Both the position numbers and the translations under genes were made by a program. Source: an uncultured Myxococcales bacterium (lineage in GTDB: Bacteria > Myxococcota > UBA727 > VGSZ01). From it: 64,000 nt of DNA. The notes under the pieces were generated by a model. The model saw only the letters and a list, made by a program, of their open reading frames with translations. It did not search any database and was not told the DNA's origin. Positions 37,674-48,241 of this stretch are shown here, in pieces; position 1 is the stretch's first letter; every line of letters starts with the position of its first letter. The stretch is from contig CAZONM010000001.1 in assembly GCA_964580865.1 (NCBI GenBank), positions 2,825 to 66,824 on the forward strand, given 5' to 3'.

Positions 37674-38779
37674 GCGACGCTCCCGGCGACCCGGTGGCAC
37701 CCGGCGCTTCCCCGGAGCTCGACCTGGTGGCGGCGGTGCGCGTGCTGCGCGCGGGCTGGCGCCTGTGGGCGCTGGCACCGCCGGTGGTGGGCCTGCTCAC
37801 GTTCGGCATCGCATCGGTGTGGCCGAAGACGTACACGGCCTCGGCGTTGGTGATGCCGCCGGCTCAACAGAGCTCGTCGGCGCTGGCGGCGCTGGCGAGC
37901 CAGCTCGGCGCGCTCGGTGGGCTGGCCGGCGCGGCGGCGGGCGCCAAGAGCCCGATCGACCAGCATGTCGCGCTCCTGCGCAGCCGCAACGTCACCGACG
38001 CGCTCATTCGCCGCTTCGACCTGCGCCAAGTGTACGGCAAGGCGCTGCTGGAGGAGGCGCGCCTGGCGCTGGCGGCGCGGTCCTCCATCAGCGCCGGCAA
38101 GAAGGACGGCCTCATCGTCATCGCGGTGGACGACCACGACCCGCGCCGCGCCGCCGACCTCGCCAACGGCTACGTCGACGAGCTGCGCCGGCTCCTGGCC
38201 GAGGTCGCCGTGGGCGAGGCGTCGCAGCAGCGCGCGTTCTTCGAGGGCCAGCTGAAGGACGCGCGCACCGCGCTGACGACGGCGGAGGAGGCGCTCAAGG
38301 CCGCGCGCGTCTCCGAGACGATGCTCAACGTCACGCCGCAGCTGGCCGTGGCGGGTGTGGCGCGCCTCAAGGCGCAGATCACGGCGCAAGAGGTCAAGAT
38401 CGCGGCCATGCGCGGCTTCGCGGCCGACGACAACCCCGACCTGCGGCAGGCTCACGCCGAGCTCGCGGCGCTGCGGGCCCAGCTCGCGGGCACGGAGGAC
38501 CGGGCCGGCGCCGTGGAGTCCGACTACCTCAAGCTCTATCGCGACTTCAAGTACGCCGAGATGCTCTTCGAGCTCATCGCCAAGCAGTATGAGCTGGCCA
38601 AGATCGAGGAGGCGCGCGAGGGCTCCGTCATCCAGGTCATCGACGCCGCCATTCCGCCAGAGCTGAAGTCGAGGCCCAAGCGGCTCCCCATCGCCGCCGG
38701 CGCGGCCGCCGCTGCCCTCATCGCGGCAGTCGCGTGGCTGCTCGCCGGGCCCCGCGTCCTCCAGGTGCTGCGCGGCTGA
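37670..38779 (+). CDS. polysaccharide co-polymerase (PCP; Wzz/chain-length-determinant-like) with no kinase domain
   Basis: Start overlaps the OPX stop (ATGA); N-terminal TM LWALAPPVVGLLTFGIASVW, long coiled-coil periplasmic region, C-terminal TM AAGAAAAALIAAVAWLLAG; 369 aa. Confidence 0.7.
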   Translation: MSDAPGDPVAPGASPELDLVAAVRVLRAGWRLWALAPPVVGLLTFGIASVWPKTYTASALVMPPAQQSSSALAALASQLGALGGLAGAAAGAKSPIDQHVALLRSRNVTDALIRRFDLRQVYGKALLEEARLALAARSSISAGKKDGLIVIAVDDHDPRRAADLANGYVDELRRLLAEVAVGEASQQRAFFEGQLKDARTALTTAEEALKAARVSETMLNVTPQLAVAGVARLKAQITAQEVKIAAMRGFAADDNPDLRQAHAELAALRAQLAGTEDRAGAVESDYLKLYRDFKYAEMLFELIAKQYELAKIEEAREGSVIQVIDAAIPPELKSRPKRLPIAAGAAAAALIAAVAWLLAGPRVLQVLRG

Positions 38780-38833
38780 TCGCCCGCATGACGCCTTCCC
38801 CAGGCCGTGCAAAGGCGCTAGTCCGACGGCGCC

Positions 38834-39892
38834 ATGCGGACCTACCGAGTCATCACCGACCGCCCGTTGCGCTTCGCCCTGGCCGGGTGCGGCCGTATCG
38901 CAGAGAGCCACTTCGAGGCCATCAAGAAGCATGCGGGGCGGTGCGAGCTGGTGGACGTGTGCGATGTCTCGGCCACGGCGTTGGAGGCAGCGGCGACGAA
39001 GACGGGCGCGCGTCCGCACCGCTCGTTCACCGGCATGCTCGCCGCCACCAACGCCGACTGTGTGGTGCTCACCACGCCGAGCGGGTTGCACCCCGCGCAG
39101 GCCATCGAGGCGGCGCGCGCGGGCTTCAACGTCATGACCGAGAAGCCCATGGCGACCCGGTGGCACGACGGCCTCGCCATGGTGAAGGCGTGCGACGACG
39201 CCGGCGTTCGGCTGTTCGTGGTCAAACAGAACCGCCGAAACCAGACGCTGCAGCTGGTCAAGCAGGCCGTCGAGCGGCACCGCTTCGGGCGCATCTACAT
39301 GATCGGCGTCAACGTCTTCTGGACCCGGCCGCAGTCGTACTACGACAGCGCCGCGTGGCGCGGCACGTGGGAGTTCGACGGCGGCGCGTTCATGAACCAA
39401 GCGAGCCACTATGTGGACCTGCTCGATTGGATCGGCGGCCCGGTGGAGAGCGTCATGGCCTACACCGGCACGCTGGCGCGCGACATCCAGGTCGAGGATA
39501 CGGGCGTCGCCGCCCTCAAGTGGCGCAACGGCGCCATGGGGACGCTCAACGTCACGATGCTGACCTACCCGAAGAACCTGGAAGGCTCGATCACCATCCT
39601 CGGCGAGAAAGGATCGGTGCGCGTGGGGGGCGTGGCGGTCAACGAGATCCAGCATTGGCAGTTCGCCGACCCCGACCCCATGGACGCCACCATCAAGGAC
39701 GCCAGCTACCAGACCACGTCGGTGTATGGCTTCGGCCACCCGCTCTACTACGACAACGTCATCAGCACGCTGCGCGGTGAGGCCGCTCCAGAGACCGACG
39801 GCCGCGAGGGCCTGCGCTCGCTGGAGCTCTTGATCGCCATGTACCTCTCGGCGCGCGACGGCAAGCGCGTCAGCCTGCCGCTCTCCTACTAG
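38834..39892 (+). CDS. Gfo/Idh/MocA oxidoreductase, WbpB-like UDP-N-acetyl-2-amino-2-deoxyglucuronate 3-dehydrogenase
   Basis: 352 aa; Rossmann N-terminus [15 protein letters not shown]; followed directly by WbpD- and WbpE-like genes. Confidence 0.75.
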   Translation: MRTYRVITDRPLRFALAGCGRIAESHFEAIKKHAGRCELVDVCDVSATALEAAATKTGARPHRSFTGMLAATNADCVVLTTPSGLHPAQAIEAARAGFNVMTEKPMATRWHDGLAMVKACDDAGVRLFVVKQNRRNQTLQLVKQAVERHRFGRIYMIGVNVFWTRPQSYYDSAAWRGTWEFDGGAFMNQASHYVDLLDWIGGPVESVMAYTGTLARDIQVEDTGVAALKWRNGAMGTLNVTMLTYPKNLEGSITILGEKGSVRVGGVAVNEIQHWQFADPDPMDATIKDASYQTTSVYGFGHPLYYDNVISTLRGEAAPETDGREGLRSLELLIAMYLSARDGKRVSLPLSY

Positions 39893-39894
39893 CC

Positions 39895-40488
39895 ATGCCC
39901 GTCACCATCCACCCCTCCGCCATCGTCGACGCGGGCGCCGTGCTCGGCGACGGCTGTCGCGTCTGGCACTTCGTCCACATCAGCGGCGGAGCGCGTATCG
40001 GCGCGCGCTGCTCGTTCGGGCAGAACGTCTATGTCGGGAACGACGTGGTCATCGGCGACAACGTCAAGATCCAGAACAACGTCTCGGTCTACGACGCGGT
40101 CACGCTCGAGGACGACGTGTTCTGCGGTCCGAGCATGGTGTTCACCAACGTCATGAACCCGCGCTCGGCCGTGGTGCGCAAGAACGAATACCGGCGCACG
40201 TTGGTGAAGCGCGGCGCCACGCTCGGTGCCAACTGCACCGTCGTGTGCGGCCACACCGTGGGCGCACACGCGTTCGTGGGCGCGGGTGCGGTGGTGTGCC
40301 ACGACGTGCCCGACTTTGCGTTGGTCATGGGCGTGCCGGCGCGCCAGGTCGGGTGGATGAGCCGATTCGGCGAGCGGCTGCGCTTCCCCGCCGGTGGCGG
40401 CGAGGCGGTGTGCCCTGCCACTGGCGATCGGTATCGCCTGGTCGACGGCGCGGTCGCGCTGGTCGAGGAAGCGGGCCCTCGGCCATGA
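39895..40488 (+). CDS. hexapeptide-repeat N-acetyltransferase, WbpD-like (UDP-2-acetamido-3-amino-2,3-dideoxy-glucuronate N-acetyltransferase)
   Basis: 197 aa; left-handed beta-helix repeats ([33 protein letters not shown]). Confidence 0.75.
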   Translation: MPVTIHPSAIVDAGAVLGDGCRVWHFVHISGGARIGARCSFGQNVYVGNDVVIGDNVKIQNNVSVYDAVTLEDDVFCGPSMVFTNVMNPRSAVVRKNEYRRTLVKRGATLGANCTVVCGHTVGAHAFVGAGAVVCHDVPDFALVMGVPARQVGWMSRFGERLRFPAGGGEAVCPATGDRYRLVDGAVALVEEAGPRP

Positions 40489-41603
40489 GCAGCACGACGA
40501 CGCTCGAGTTCATCGATCTCAGGTCGCAGTACGCCGCTCTGCGCGACACCATCAACGCGCGCATCCAGCGCGTGCTCGATCACGGGCAGTTCATCCTCGG
40601 CCCCGAGGTCAAGGAGCTCGAGGAGAAGCTGGCGGCGCTGACCGGCGCGCGTCATTGCGTCACCGTGGCGAGCGGCACCGAGGCGATCCTCATCTCGCTG
40701 ATGGCGCTGGGGCTCAAGCCCGGTGACGAGGTCATCACCACGCCCTTCACGTTCGCCGCCACGGCCGAGATGATCGTGTTGCTCGGTGGTCGCCCGGTGT
40801 TCGTCGACGTCGAGGACGACACCTGCAACCTCGACGCCCGGCAGGTGGAAACCGCCGTCACCTCGCGCACGCGCGCCATCATGCCGGTGTCGCTGTATGG
40901 GCAGTGCGCCGACATGGCGGAGCTGAACGCCATCGCGGCGCGACACGGCCTGCCGGTCATCGAGGACGCGGCCCAGAGCTTCGGCGCCACGTATCGAGGC
41001 ACGAAGAGCTGCAACCTCTCCACGCTCGGTTGCACCAGCTTCTTTCCGTCGAAGCCGCTGGGCTGCTACGGCGACGGCGGCGCCGTGTTCACGAGTGACG
41101 ACGCGTTGGCGCAGGCCGTACGAGAGCTGCGCGTGCACGGACAGAGCCAGAGGTACACCCACACGCGCGTGGGCGTGGGTGGTCGCATGGACACGCTGCA
41201 GTGCGCGGTGGTGCTCGGCAAGCTCGAGCGGTTCTCCTGGGAGCTCGAGCGGCGGCGCGCCCTCGGCGACCGCTATCGCGCTCGGCTCCGCGAGCTCGGC
41301 GTGGCGGCCACGCCGATTGCGGTGCGCGCCGACCGTGACTGCGTGTGGGCGCAGATGACGGTGCTCGTCGACGAGCGCGATCGCGTGCAGGGGCGGCTCA
41401 AGGAGCTCGGCGTGCCCACGGCCGTCCACTACCCCAAGGTGCTCCATCACCAGCCCGCCTACGCCGGCCTGGCGCCGCCCACCGCATGTCCGAACGCCGC
41501 GCACGCCGCGTCCCGCGTGATGAGCCTGCCCATGAGCGCCGATCTGACCGATGCGCAGCTCGAGCGTGTGGTGACGTCGCTGGCGCAGGCGACGCAGCGC
41601 TGA
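40485..41603 (+). CDS. DegT/DnrJ/EryC1/StrS-family PLP aminotransferase, WbpE-like
   Basis: Start overlaps the wbpD-like stop (ATGA); motifs [40 protein letters not shown]. Confidence 0.8.
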   Translation: MSSTTTLEFIDLRSQYAALRDTINARIQRVLDHGQFILGPEVKELEEKLAALTGARHCVTVASGTEAILISLMALGLKPGDEVITTPFTFAATAEMIVLLGGRPVFVDVEDDTCNLDARQVETAVTSRTRAIMPVSLYGQCADMAELNAIAARHGLPVIEDAAQSFGATYRGTKSCNLSTLGCTSFFPSKPLGCYGDGGAVFTSDDALAQAVRELRVHGQSQRYTHTRVGVGGRMDTLQCAVVLGKLERFSWELERRRALGDRYRARLRELGVAATPIAVRADRDCVWAQMTVLVDERDRVQGRLKELGVPTAVHYPKVLHHQPAYAGLAPPTACPNAAHAASRVMSLPMSADLTDAQLERVVTSLAQATQR

Positions 41604-41649
41604 CTCACGAGGCTTCCGAGGAACCGTTGGCACGACACACCGCGCGCTG

Positions 41650-43300
41650 CGGAATCGATCGTACATGTAGAATCATCGTACATCCTCGCCGCGTCGGTCC
41701 TCACAGCCGAGCAGACCCGTGGCCGAGCAAGTTGGTCGACGCGTCCACCCACTCGCCCAGCGTCGAGCACGCGACCCGGAAGCCTCGCGCTTGAAGATGC
41801 CCTCCTGCCGGTGCAGCGGGATGTTGTCGCAGAACTTCACCACCAGCACGAGCGCCAGGAACCCGGGCTCCACCATCGACTTCGAAATCGTGCGCTCCGG
41901 CATGTCGGCGATGAAGACGCGGGTGGCGGCACCAAGCAGCGGCGGCAGCGACGTCGGCGATTGCGCCGGCTGCGACGGCGCCGCGTCCGCCCGCGCAGGT
42001 TCCGGCGCTGTGTACTCCTCGCGCACCAGCTCGATCCTCACCTTCGACGCCGTGATCCGCTCGATGAGCTGCGTCTTCTCTTCGCCGATCTTGACGAGCC
42101 GCTCACCACCGGGCGCGAGCCGCTCTGGGGGGACGAGCACGAACCGACGAGGTGGCAGATCCTCGAGCGCGAGCTTGCGCCGGCCGCGCGGCGACGGCTC
42201 CTTGTTCGTGCTCGCCGACCGCCCCGCCTTCGCACCGGCGATCGCCTTGGCGGCCTGGTCAGCCGCCCGCTGCGCCTCGTCGAGCGCGCCCACGTCGCCG
42301 GCCCGCATGCTGCCGATCGTCGCCAAGAACTCGAACAGCGGCAGTTACGCTTCCTCGTGCCGCACCCGCTCGGCCTTCTGCCCGAACGCCAGGCGCTACA
42401 ACAGCTCGTGCTCCAACAGGAGCTTGTCGTACGCCGTGCATCAGTGCGTCGAGCATCGCCACGGTCTCGAGGTGGCGGGCACGCAGTGTGTTGACGTCGG
42501 CGGGCTCCTCGTTCACGTCGTCATCTATCGACTCCCCGAGGAGGTTGGGGAGGAAATCGGCACGCGCGTACGCTGTTGGCGAGGGCGTTGACCGCGCGCT
42601 CGGTGGCCACGTCCTGCTTTGTTCGCACGGCGACGGCGCCCACCAGGCACCAAGCCGTCCATTGAGCAGGGCATGTCGATGGGTTCGAGCGCAGCCAGGG
42701 TCCGTCGTCCGCTGGGGACCATACGCGCTCCAAGGCTGCGAAAACGCGGATGAGCTCGGCATCGATGAACGCGGGCGGCACTCGCACGACGCGTCCGTTG
42801 GCGAGCGCGACTTGATGCGCTCGCGCTCCAGGTGGCCGGTGACAGCCGCCACTACCTCGACGAAGGTCCCTTCCACTTCAAGAGTGCGGCCGACCCCGAG
42901 CGCGATCTCGGCGACCCGAGGAACCATCGCCACCAGGCGAGCGTCGCCGGCTTCACGCGCCCGCACGCCGCGAACGCGTCCCGCGACGGGCCGCTCCTCG
43001 AACACCGCGCCCCTCGGCGCGCCACACGTCGCTGGACTCCCTCGCCATGCGTCACCTCCGCGCGCGCCACCACGCGGCGCGGCGGCGCGGGTCACTACGT
43101 GGTTGTCGGTTGTAGACGGGCACGCGCACGACTCCGGCGAGGCCAGGCGTGACGACCAGTACTGCCGCTCCCCACGGTGGGCACGGATCGTCAGCTGCGG
43201 GCCGACCGGAGCGGCGAAGATCATGCGACCAGCTCTACCGCCCCGCACGCGATCAGTTCACCCACCCGTTGACATCCCGCTGAGCGCGACAGCCTCCCAG
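41650..43300 (-). mobile_element. degenerate IS66-family insertion sequence remnant (frameshifted and truncated; no intact transposase)
   Basis: Broken ORFs only. The 41673..42326 reading frame is clearly TnpC-like; a direct repeat ATCGTACAT...ATCGTACAT lies at 41658..41683 at its truncated end; the region sits exactly at the GC-content transition. Confidence 0.5.
41673..42326 (-). pseudogene. IS66-family transposase (TnpC) N-terminal fragment, inactivated
   Basis: LPPRRFVLVPPERLAPGGERLVKIGEEKTQLIERITASKVRIELVREEY corresponds to the TnpC zinc-finger region but has lost the CxxC cysteines; PGFLALVLVVKFCDNIPLHRQEGIFKREA matches the conserved PGLLAHVLVSKYADHLPLYRQ block; the DDE catalytic domain is absent because the frame ends at the wbpE-like gene. 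Confidence 0.5.
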
Positions 43301-43401
43301 CGCTTCGCGAAGGCGCCTCCACTGGACATCGACGCCGTCGATGATATCGACGAACCCGGCTGCTGGGATGGCCAGCGATGCCTGGCTGGAGGTCGCCTCC
43401 C

Positions 43402-44571
43402 ATGATCAAGCGTGATGTTGTCCGACAGTACAACCTTCCCCTCGAGGTCAAGTACTGCAAGAAGTGCACGGTAAGCAACCAGAGACCACGCATCACCTTC
43501 GACGGCGACGGCGTCTGCTCAGCATGTCGGTTCGCGGACTTCAAGCGTCAACAAATCGATTGGGCCGAACGCGAACGTGAGCTGGTCGACCTCTGCAACC
43601 GGCATCGGCGCGGCAACGGAGACTATGACGTTATCGTTCCCTGCAGCGGTGGCAAGGATGGTGGGTTTGTCGCTCACCAACTCAAGCATAAATACAACAT
43701 GAATCCGCTGACCGTGACATGGGCCCCACTCCGAGCAACGGAGATTGGACGACAGAACCTCGACGCGTTCATTGCCAGCGGGTTTGACAATGTCTTGGGA
43801 ACGCCGAATGGCCGTCTCACGCGCAAGCTGACGAGGCTCTCGACGCAATACCTAGGTGATCCCTTCCAGCCGTTCATCTATGGCCAAACCAATTTTCCGC
43901 TCCATATGGCCGTGAAGCACCACGTGCCACTCATCATGTACGGCGAGAACGGTGAGGTCGAGTACGGCGGCGATATGAAGAATGCCTTTCGGCCAACCCG
44001 TGACATCCAAGACCACGATAGGCACTATTTCTCGGGCATGCCGCCAGAATTTTGGATTGAGCACGGCATTGGCACCGGAGACCTGAAGCCGTTCATGGCG
44101 CCGCCATACGAAGAGATTGCGGCGAACAAAACAGAGATCCACTTCCTGGGCTATTACAAGTTTTGGGATCCTCAGGAAAACTTCTATTACTGTCGCGAGC
44201 ACACTGGCTTTACCCCGAACCCAGAGCGCTCCGAGGGCACCTATTCCAAGTACGCAAGCCTCGATGATCGCGTTGATGGCTTCCATTACTTCTTGGGCTA
44301 CATCAAGTTCGGGATCGGTCGCACAACCTCCGACGCCGCGCATGAGATTCGCGACGGAAAGATCGACCGCGAAGAAGGTATTGCGTTGGTCAAACGGTAC
44401 GACGGTGAATTTCCGCAAAAGTACTATCCCGAGTTCCTTGAATACATCGGCCTTTCCGACGATGAGTTTCAGGAGGTCGTTGACAGTTGGCGCTCGGACC
44501 ACCTTTGGCATCGTACAGCAACTGGTTGGGAGCTGCGGCATGCGGTCTGGCACGAGGCGCACCGCCAGTGA
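43402..44571 (+). CDS. N-acetyl sugar amidotransferase (WbpG/WbuX/PseA family, PP-loop ATP pyrophosphatase)
   Basis: ORF 43378..44571, start at Met9; N-terminal CxxC...C zinc ribbon (CKKCTVSNQRP...CSAC); PP-loop SGGKDG; lower GC than the flanks. Confidence 0.8.
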   Translation: MIKRDVVRQYNLPLEVKYCKKCTVSNQRPRITFDGDGVCSACRFADFKRQQIDWAERERELVDLCNRHRRGNGDYDVIVPCSGGKDGGFVAHQLKHKYNMNPLTVTWAPLRATEIGRQNLDAFIASGFDNVLGTPNGRLTRKLTRLSTQYLGDPFQPFIYGQTNFPLHMAVKHHVPLIMYGENGEVEYGGDMKNAFRPTRDIQDHDRHYFSGMPPEFWIEHGIGTGDLKPFMAPPYEEIAANKTEIHFLGYYKFWDPQENFYYCREHTGFTPNPERSEGTYSKYASLDDRVDGFHYFLGYIKFGIGRTTSDAAHEIRDGKIDREEGIALVKRYDGEFPQKYYPEFLEYIGLSDDEFQEVVDSWRSDHLWHRTATGWELRHAVWHEAHRQ

Positions 44572-44585
44572 GCGGAGTGCCACTC

Positions 44586-45389
44586 ATGACGTCACGGCAC
44601 GCCCAGATGCTGCATCACGGCGGAGCAGGATCCCATCGGGTCCGCCTAATCCCGCGCCTCGATATCAAGGGACCCAACCTCATCAAGGGCGTCCAGCTCG
44701 AGGGGCTGCGTGTGATAGGGAGCCCGCAGCTGTATGCATCGAGGTACTACGAGGCGGGTGCGGATGAACTCCTCTATGTCGACGTTGTCGCGAGCCTCTA
44801 CGGTCGCAATAGCCTCCACGAGATCATTCGCCGTGCGGCCGAAGATGTCTTTGTGCCGCTGACCGTGGTCGGCGGACTACGAAGCGTCGATGACGTTCGT
44901 GATGCGCTGCGCGCCGGCGCCGACAAGGTTGGCATCAATACCGCTGCCGTGAAGCGGCCCCTGCTCATCGCTGAGGTCGCGAGGGCCTTCGGTTCGCAGT
45001 GCATGGTTCTTTCGATTGAAGCCAAGCGCATCGGACCCGGTCAATGGGAGGCCTATACCGACAACGGTCGTGAGCGAAGCGGCCTGGATGTCGTGGCATG
45101 GGCCCGTCGTGGCGTTGAGCTTGGAGCGGGCGAGATCGTATTGACGTCTGTTGACCGAGAAGGTGGTCGCCAGGGCTACGAGTTGGAGTTGATCTCGGCC
45201 GTTGCTTCTGCGGTAGATGTTCCAGTGATCGCAAGCGGTGGGATGGGCAAACCGATGGACCTCGTTGACGCAGTGGCGGCGGGAGCGAGTGCTGTAGCAA
45301 TGGCCGATATCCTCCATTACGAACGCGCCACACTCTCTCAACTCCGTGAGGCGGCGCGTGGGGCTGGGATTGAAGTAAGGCATCCATGA
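44586..45389 (+). CDS. imidazole-glycerol-phosphate-synthase cyclase-subunit homologue (HisF-like; WbuZ/HisF2) partnered with the sugar amidotransferase
   Basis: ORF 44487..45389, start at Met34; (beta/alpha)8 HisF motifs RLIPRLDIKG, VPLTVVGGLRSVDD, VIASGGMGK. Confidence 0.8.
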   Translation: MTSRHAQMLHHGGAGSHRVRLIPRLDIKGPNLIKGVQLEGLRVIGSPQLYASRYYEAGADELLYVDVVASLYGRNSLHEIIRRAAEDVFVPLTVVGGLRSVDDVRDALRAGADKVGINTAAVKRPLLIAEVARAFGSQCMVLSIEAKRIGPGQWEAYTDNGRERSGLDVVAWARRGVELGAGEIVLTSVDREGGRQGYELELISAVASAVDVPVIASGGMGKPMDLVDAVAAGASAVAMADILHYERATLSQLREAARGAGIEVRHP

Positions 45390-46018
45390 AGGCCGTCACG
45401 GTTGTCGACCATGGCAGTGGCAATCTGCTCAGCGTCGCGCGTTCGCTAGAGCGAGTCGGCGCCACGGTGACGTTCTGTTCTGATACGGCCAGTCTTCTTC
45501 GCGCGGAGCGCCTAGTCCTTCCTGGGGTCGGCGCGTTTGCGACAGGAATGCAGGGGCTATCCTCCAGAGGGCTCGTCGACGCTCTACGGTCGTATTCGGA
45601 AACCGGGCGGCCGATCCTAGGCATTTGCCTCGGCATGCAGTTGCTCGCTGATGTGAGCGAGGAGTTTGGCGCACACGAGGGGCTACGGCTTATTCACGGG
45701 CGTGTTCAAATGATCCCGCGGCGAGACGTGGACGGTAATGCATTGCGGGTTCCGTTTGTCAACTGGGCGGAGCTGCAGCCGTCCCAATCATGGGAGTCAT
45801 CGATTCTCGCCGATGTCCCAACTGGAAAGGCGTTCTATTTTGTGCACTCGTACCACCTCGTAGTCGACAATCCCGCACACGAATTGGCCCACTACGTCTA
45901 CGGTGGGCGGAAGATCGCAGCCGTTGTCCAGGCTGGCGCCGTTACCGGCTGCCAGTTTCATCCGGAGAAGAGCGGGCCGGCCGGGCACGCGCTTCTCGCG
46001 CGCTTTCTCGCCGGTTGA
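45386..46018 (+). CDS. class-I glutamine amidotransferase, HisH-like (WbuY/HisH2)
   Basis: 210 aa; catalytic GICLGMQLL Cys and the HPEKS C-terminal motif; ATGA overlap with the preceding gene. Confidence 0.8.
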   Translation: MKAVTVVDHGSGNLLSVARSLERVGATVTFCSDTASLLRAERLVLPGVGAFATGMQGLSSRGLVDALRSYSETGRPILGICLGMQLLADVSEEFGAHEGLRLIHGRVQMIPRRDVDGNALRVPFVNWAELQPSQSWESSILADVPTGKAFYFVHSYHLVVDNPAHELAHYVYGGRKIAAVVQAGAVTGCQFHPEKSGPAGHALLARFLAG

Positions 46019-46033
46019 CGAGGACGATCCTCC

Positions 46034-47509
46034 TTGGCGCGCCTGGGCAGCATCGACGACCTCCTATCGATCGAGGACGATCCGGCGATCCTCGGTTTCC
46101 GTTGCCCGGCTACGGGACTACTCCTTTGGCCACTCGTTCGGGTTGCGTTCCTGCGAGAAATCCTCGGTGAGGTGTTCTACGGCGGCGCGACGGCCCCAGC
46201 GCTTTCGGGATATTCCTTACGCGCGGTCCAGTCCTTGGCGAAGGCAGCTTGGCACGATTTTCGGCATTCGCCGAATGGTGCCGACGTTGTAGTCATGGCC
46301 TCCGGTGCGGGCCGGGTGATGCGGAGCGGCCAGTCGTACAATCGCCTTGCCGATCCATTCGTCGACGTCTTGCCAAAGGGCACGATCCTTATCGAGGATC
46401 TCTTTGGCTGGCAGTGGCCAGTGCTACGCCCAGGGTCAAGAGTGCTATTCCACACGCCGTTTCAGGTCGCCGCGAGCGTCGCCGGGCGGTGTTTGGTTCG
46501 TAGCCGTCACCGGTCGCTCGCCGATCAACTGATCGCATTCGTCGTCGATCGGGCGGGTAAGTCGCTCGGCTGGGCACCTCGTCCGATTCGACAGGCCAGC
46601 GTTGCCAGGATGCTTGCTCACAAGATGGCGGCGCTGCCGGTTCTTCAGCATGGGTACCGACAATTGTTCGAGAGGGTCCGTCCACGGCTTCTCTTGAAGG
46701 AAGAGGCCTGCTATGGCCCGTCGGCAATGCTGATTTCGGTTGCTCGCGAGTTTGGCATAATAACGGCTGAATACCAACACGGCGTTGTAGCGCCTGGTCA
46801 CGATGCGTACAATTTCGCCCCGACGCTTTGCGCATCACCCGCCTGGAGGGCAATCCTGCCAGATTGGTTCCTCAGCTACGGGCAATGGTGGGACGACCAA
46901 ATTAACGCACCGATCAAGCGGCGTGTGATTGGCAATCCGTATCGCAGTCTGTTACTAGAGGGATCCGGAACGGGGTCAATGACGTCTCGCCAGCATCGTG
47001 AGGTATTGGTACTCGGTGACGGCATTGAGACCAACGCCTATGTTGGCCTTGCTCGCGCGCTTGCGCAGGCGCTACCAACATGGCACGTCGTATTTCGGCC
47101 CCATCCACTCGAGCGGCAGCTCGTGTCGGACCGGCACCCGAATGGCATTCCTGTCGACGACGGTCGATTTTTGGAGGTCGATTTGCAGGGGGATCTCTAT
47201 CGTTCCTTCAAGCGGTCGACGGTCGTCATTAGCGAGATGTCAACGGGCCTGTTCGAAGCTATGGGATTGGTACAGGTACCGCTGCTTTGGGACACACCGA
47301 AGTCGCGGTTCACCTTGCCAACTCACAGCTTTGCCTCGTTTCGTACGGTCGATGAGTGCGCGGAGATTCTACGGAACCATGTCGGCGATGATGCTTGCCG
47401 GGACGACGCCGGCGCCATCTGGGCACCGGATTGGCAGTCAAGGTACCGCGCATTTCTCAACGACGTTCTTCAAGGCAATAATGCTCCTCTGGTCGAGAAT
47501 GTTGTGTAG
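46034..47509 (+). CDS. hypothetical protein of the island (491 aa) with a C-terminal GT-B/Rossmann-like domain (putative glycosyl- or glycerophospho-transferase-like)
   Basis: No named family recognised; C-terminal segment VLVLGDGIETNAYVGLARALAQALPTWHVVFRPHPLE...STVVISEMSTGLFEAMGLVQVPLL; paralogous to the C-terminal half of 49835..50737. Confidence 0.55.
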   Translation: MARLGSIDDLLSIEDDPAILGFRCPATGLLLWPLVRVAFLREILGEVFYGGATAPALSGYSLRAVQSLAKAAWHDFRHSPNGADVVVMASGAGRVMRSGQSYNRLADPFVDVLPKGTILIEDLFGWQWPVLRPGSRVLFHTPFQVAASVAGRCLVRSRHRSLADQLIAFVVDRAGKSLGWAPRPIRQASVARMLAHKMAALPVLQHGYRQLFERVRPRLLLKEEACYGPSAMLISVAREFGIITAEYQHGVVAPGHDAYNFAPTLCASPAWRAILPDWFLSYGQWWDDQINAPIKRRVIGNPYRSLLLEGSGTGSMTSRQHREVLVLGDGIETNAYVGLARALAQALPTWHVVFRPHPLERQLVSDRHPNGIPVDDGRFLEVDLQGDLYRSFKRSTVVISEMSTGLFEAMGLVQVPLLWDTPKSRFTLPTHSFASFRTVDECAEILRNHVGDDACRDDAGAIWAPDWQSRYRAFLNDVLQGNNAPLVENVV

Positions 47510-48241
47510 CGGGGCGCTGATGTCTGGTGGCCGATCTTTTTCGCGCGCCCGGTGTGGCCGGCGTCCAAGGGTGCTGGTGGTTCTGAGCGAGCGAATGAGG
47601 TGGCTGCGCACGAAACGGCTGGGCATGAAATGTAGTCGCTCCCGCCGTAGGCGCTGCGCTATCGCCATGCCGAAGTCGCGGCCTGGTGAAACAGGGACGA
47701 AGAGGACGGATGCAAGGGCTACATCTCTCATTCAAGACGACTCGTTCCACACGAAGTCGACGCGTCGTGGGAACGGTATTTCGGACCGATCGTTGAGCCA
47801 GCAGATACAGCAAGCTCACGCCGGCGTCGCCACGCGGCGGATCGTGCCCGGAAAGCGGATCGCTTGCATCGGCCCGTTGTGTCGTCGTGCTGGAGGTTTC
47901 CTGGCCAACGCACTTGCCACGACATCGCCGTCGCTCTGTTGGTTTGACAGTGGGCCGGTAGGGCCTTGCGCGTTATCTGCAAGGGCGAACGGTTGCGTTG
48001 CTGCTTCGCCACCCTCGGTCTTTGCCAGGGTCCCGGCGTCGCGTCGTGGGTTCATGGAGCGAAGCACGGAGCTCGGGTGGCCTTTGATCTCACTGCAACT
48101 TGCGGCGTCCGGCTCACTCAATGCACCTGCTCGCCGCTATTGCAGGTACCAACTCTCCAGCGTTGCGCGCCACGGTCCGCATCGGGACGATATCTGGGTG
48201 GTTCTGTCCGCTTTGCCGGCGATGTCCGCCGCCTGGCGGTC

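Noticed and set aside
28157-39739. Long antisense ORFs 28157..30916(+), 31005..33503(+), 35523..37778(-), 37580..39739(-)
   Set aside because: All run opposite to confidently assigned genes (regulator/moaA, OM barrel, OPX, PCP/WbpB) and show only low-complexity composition.
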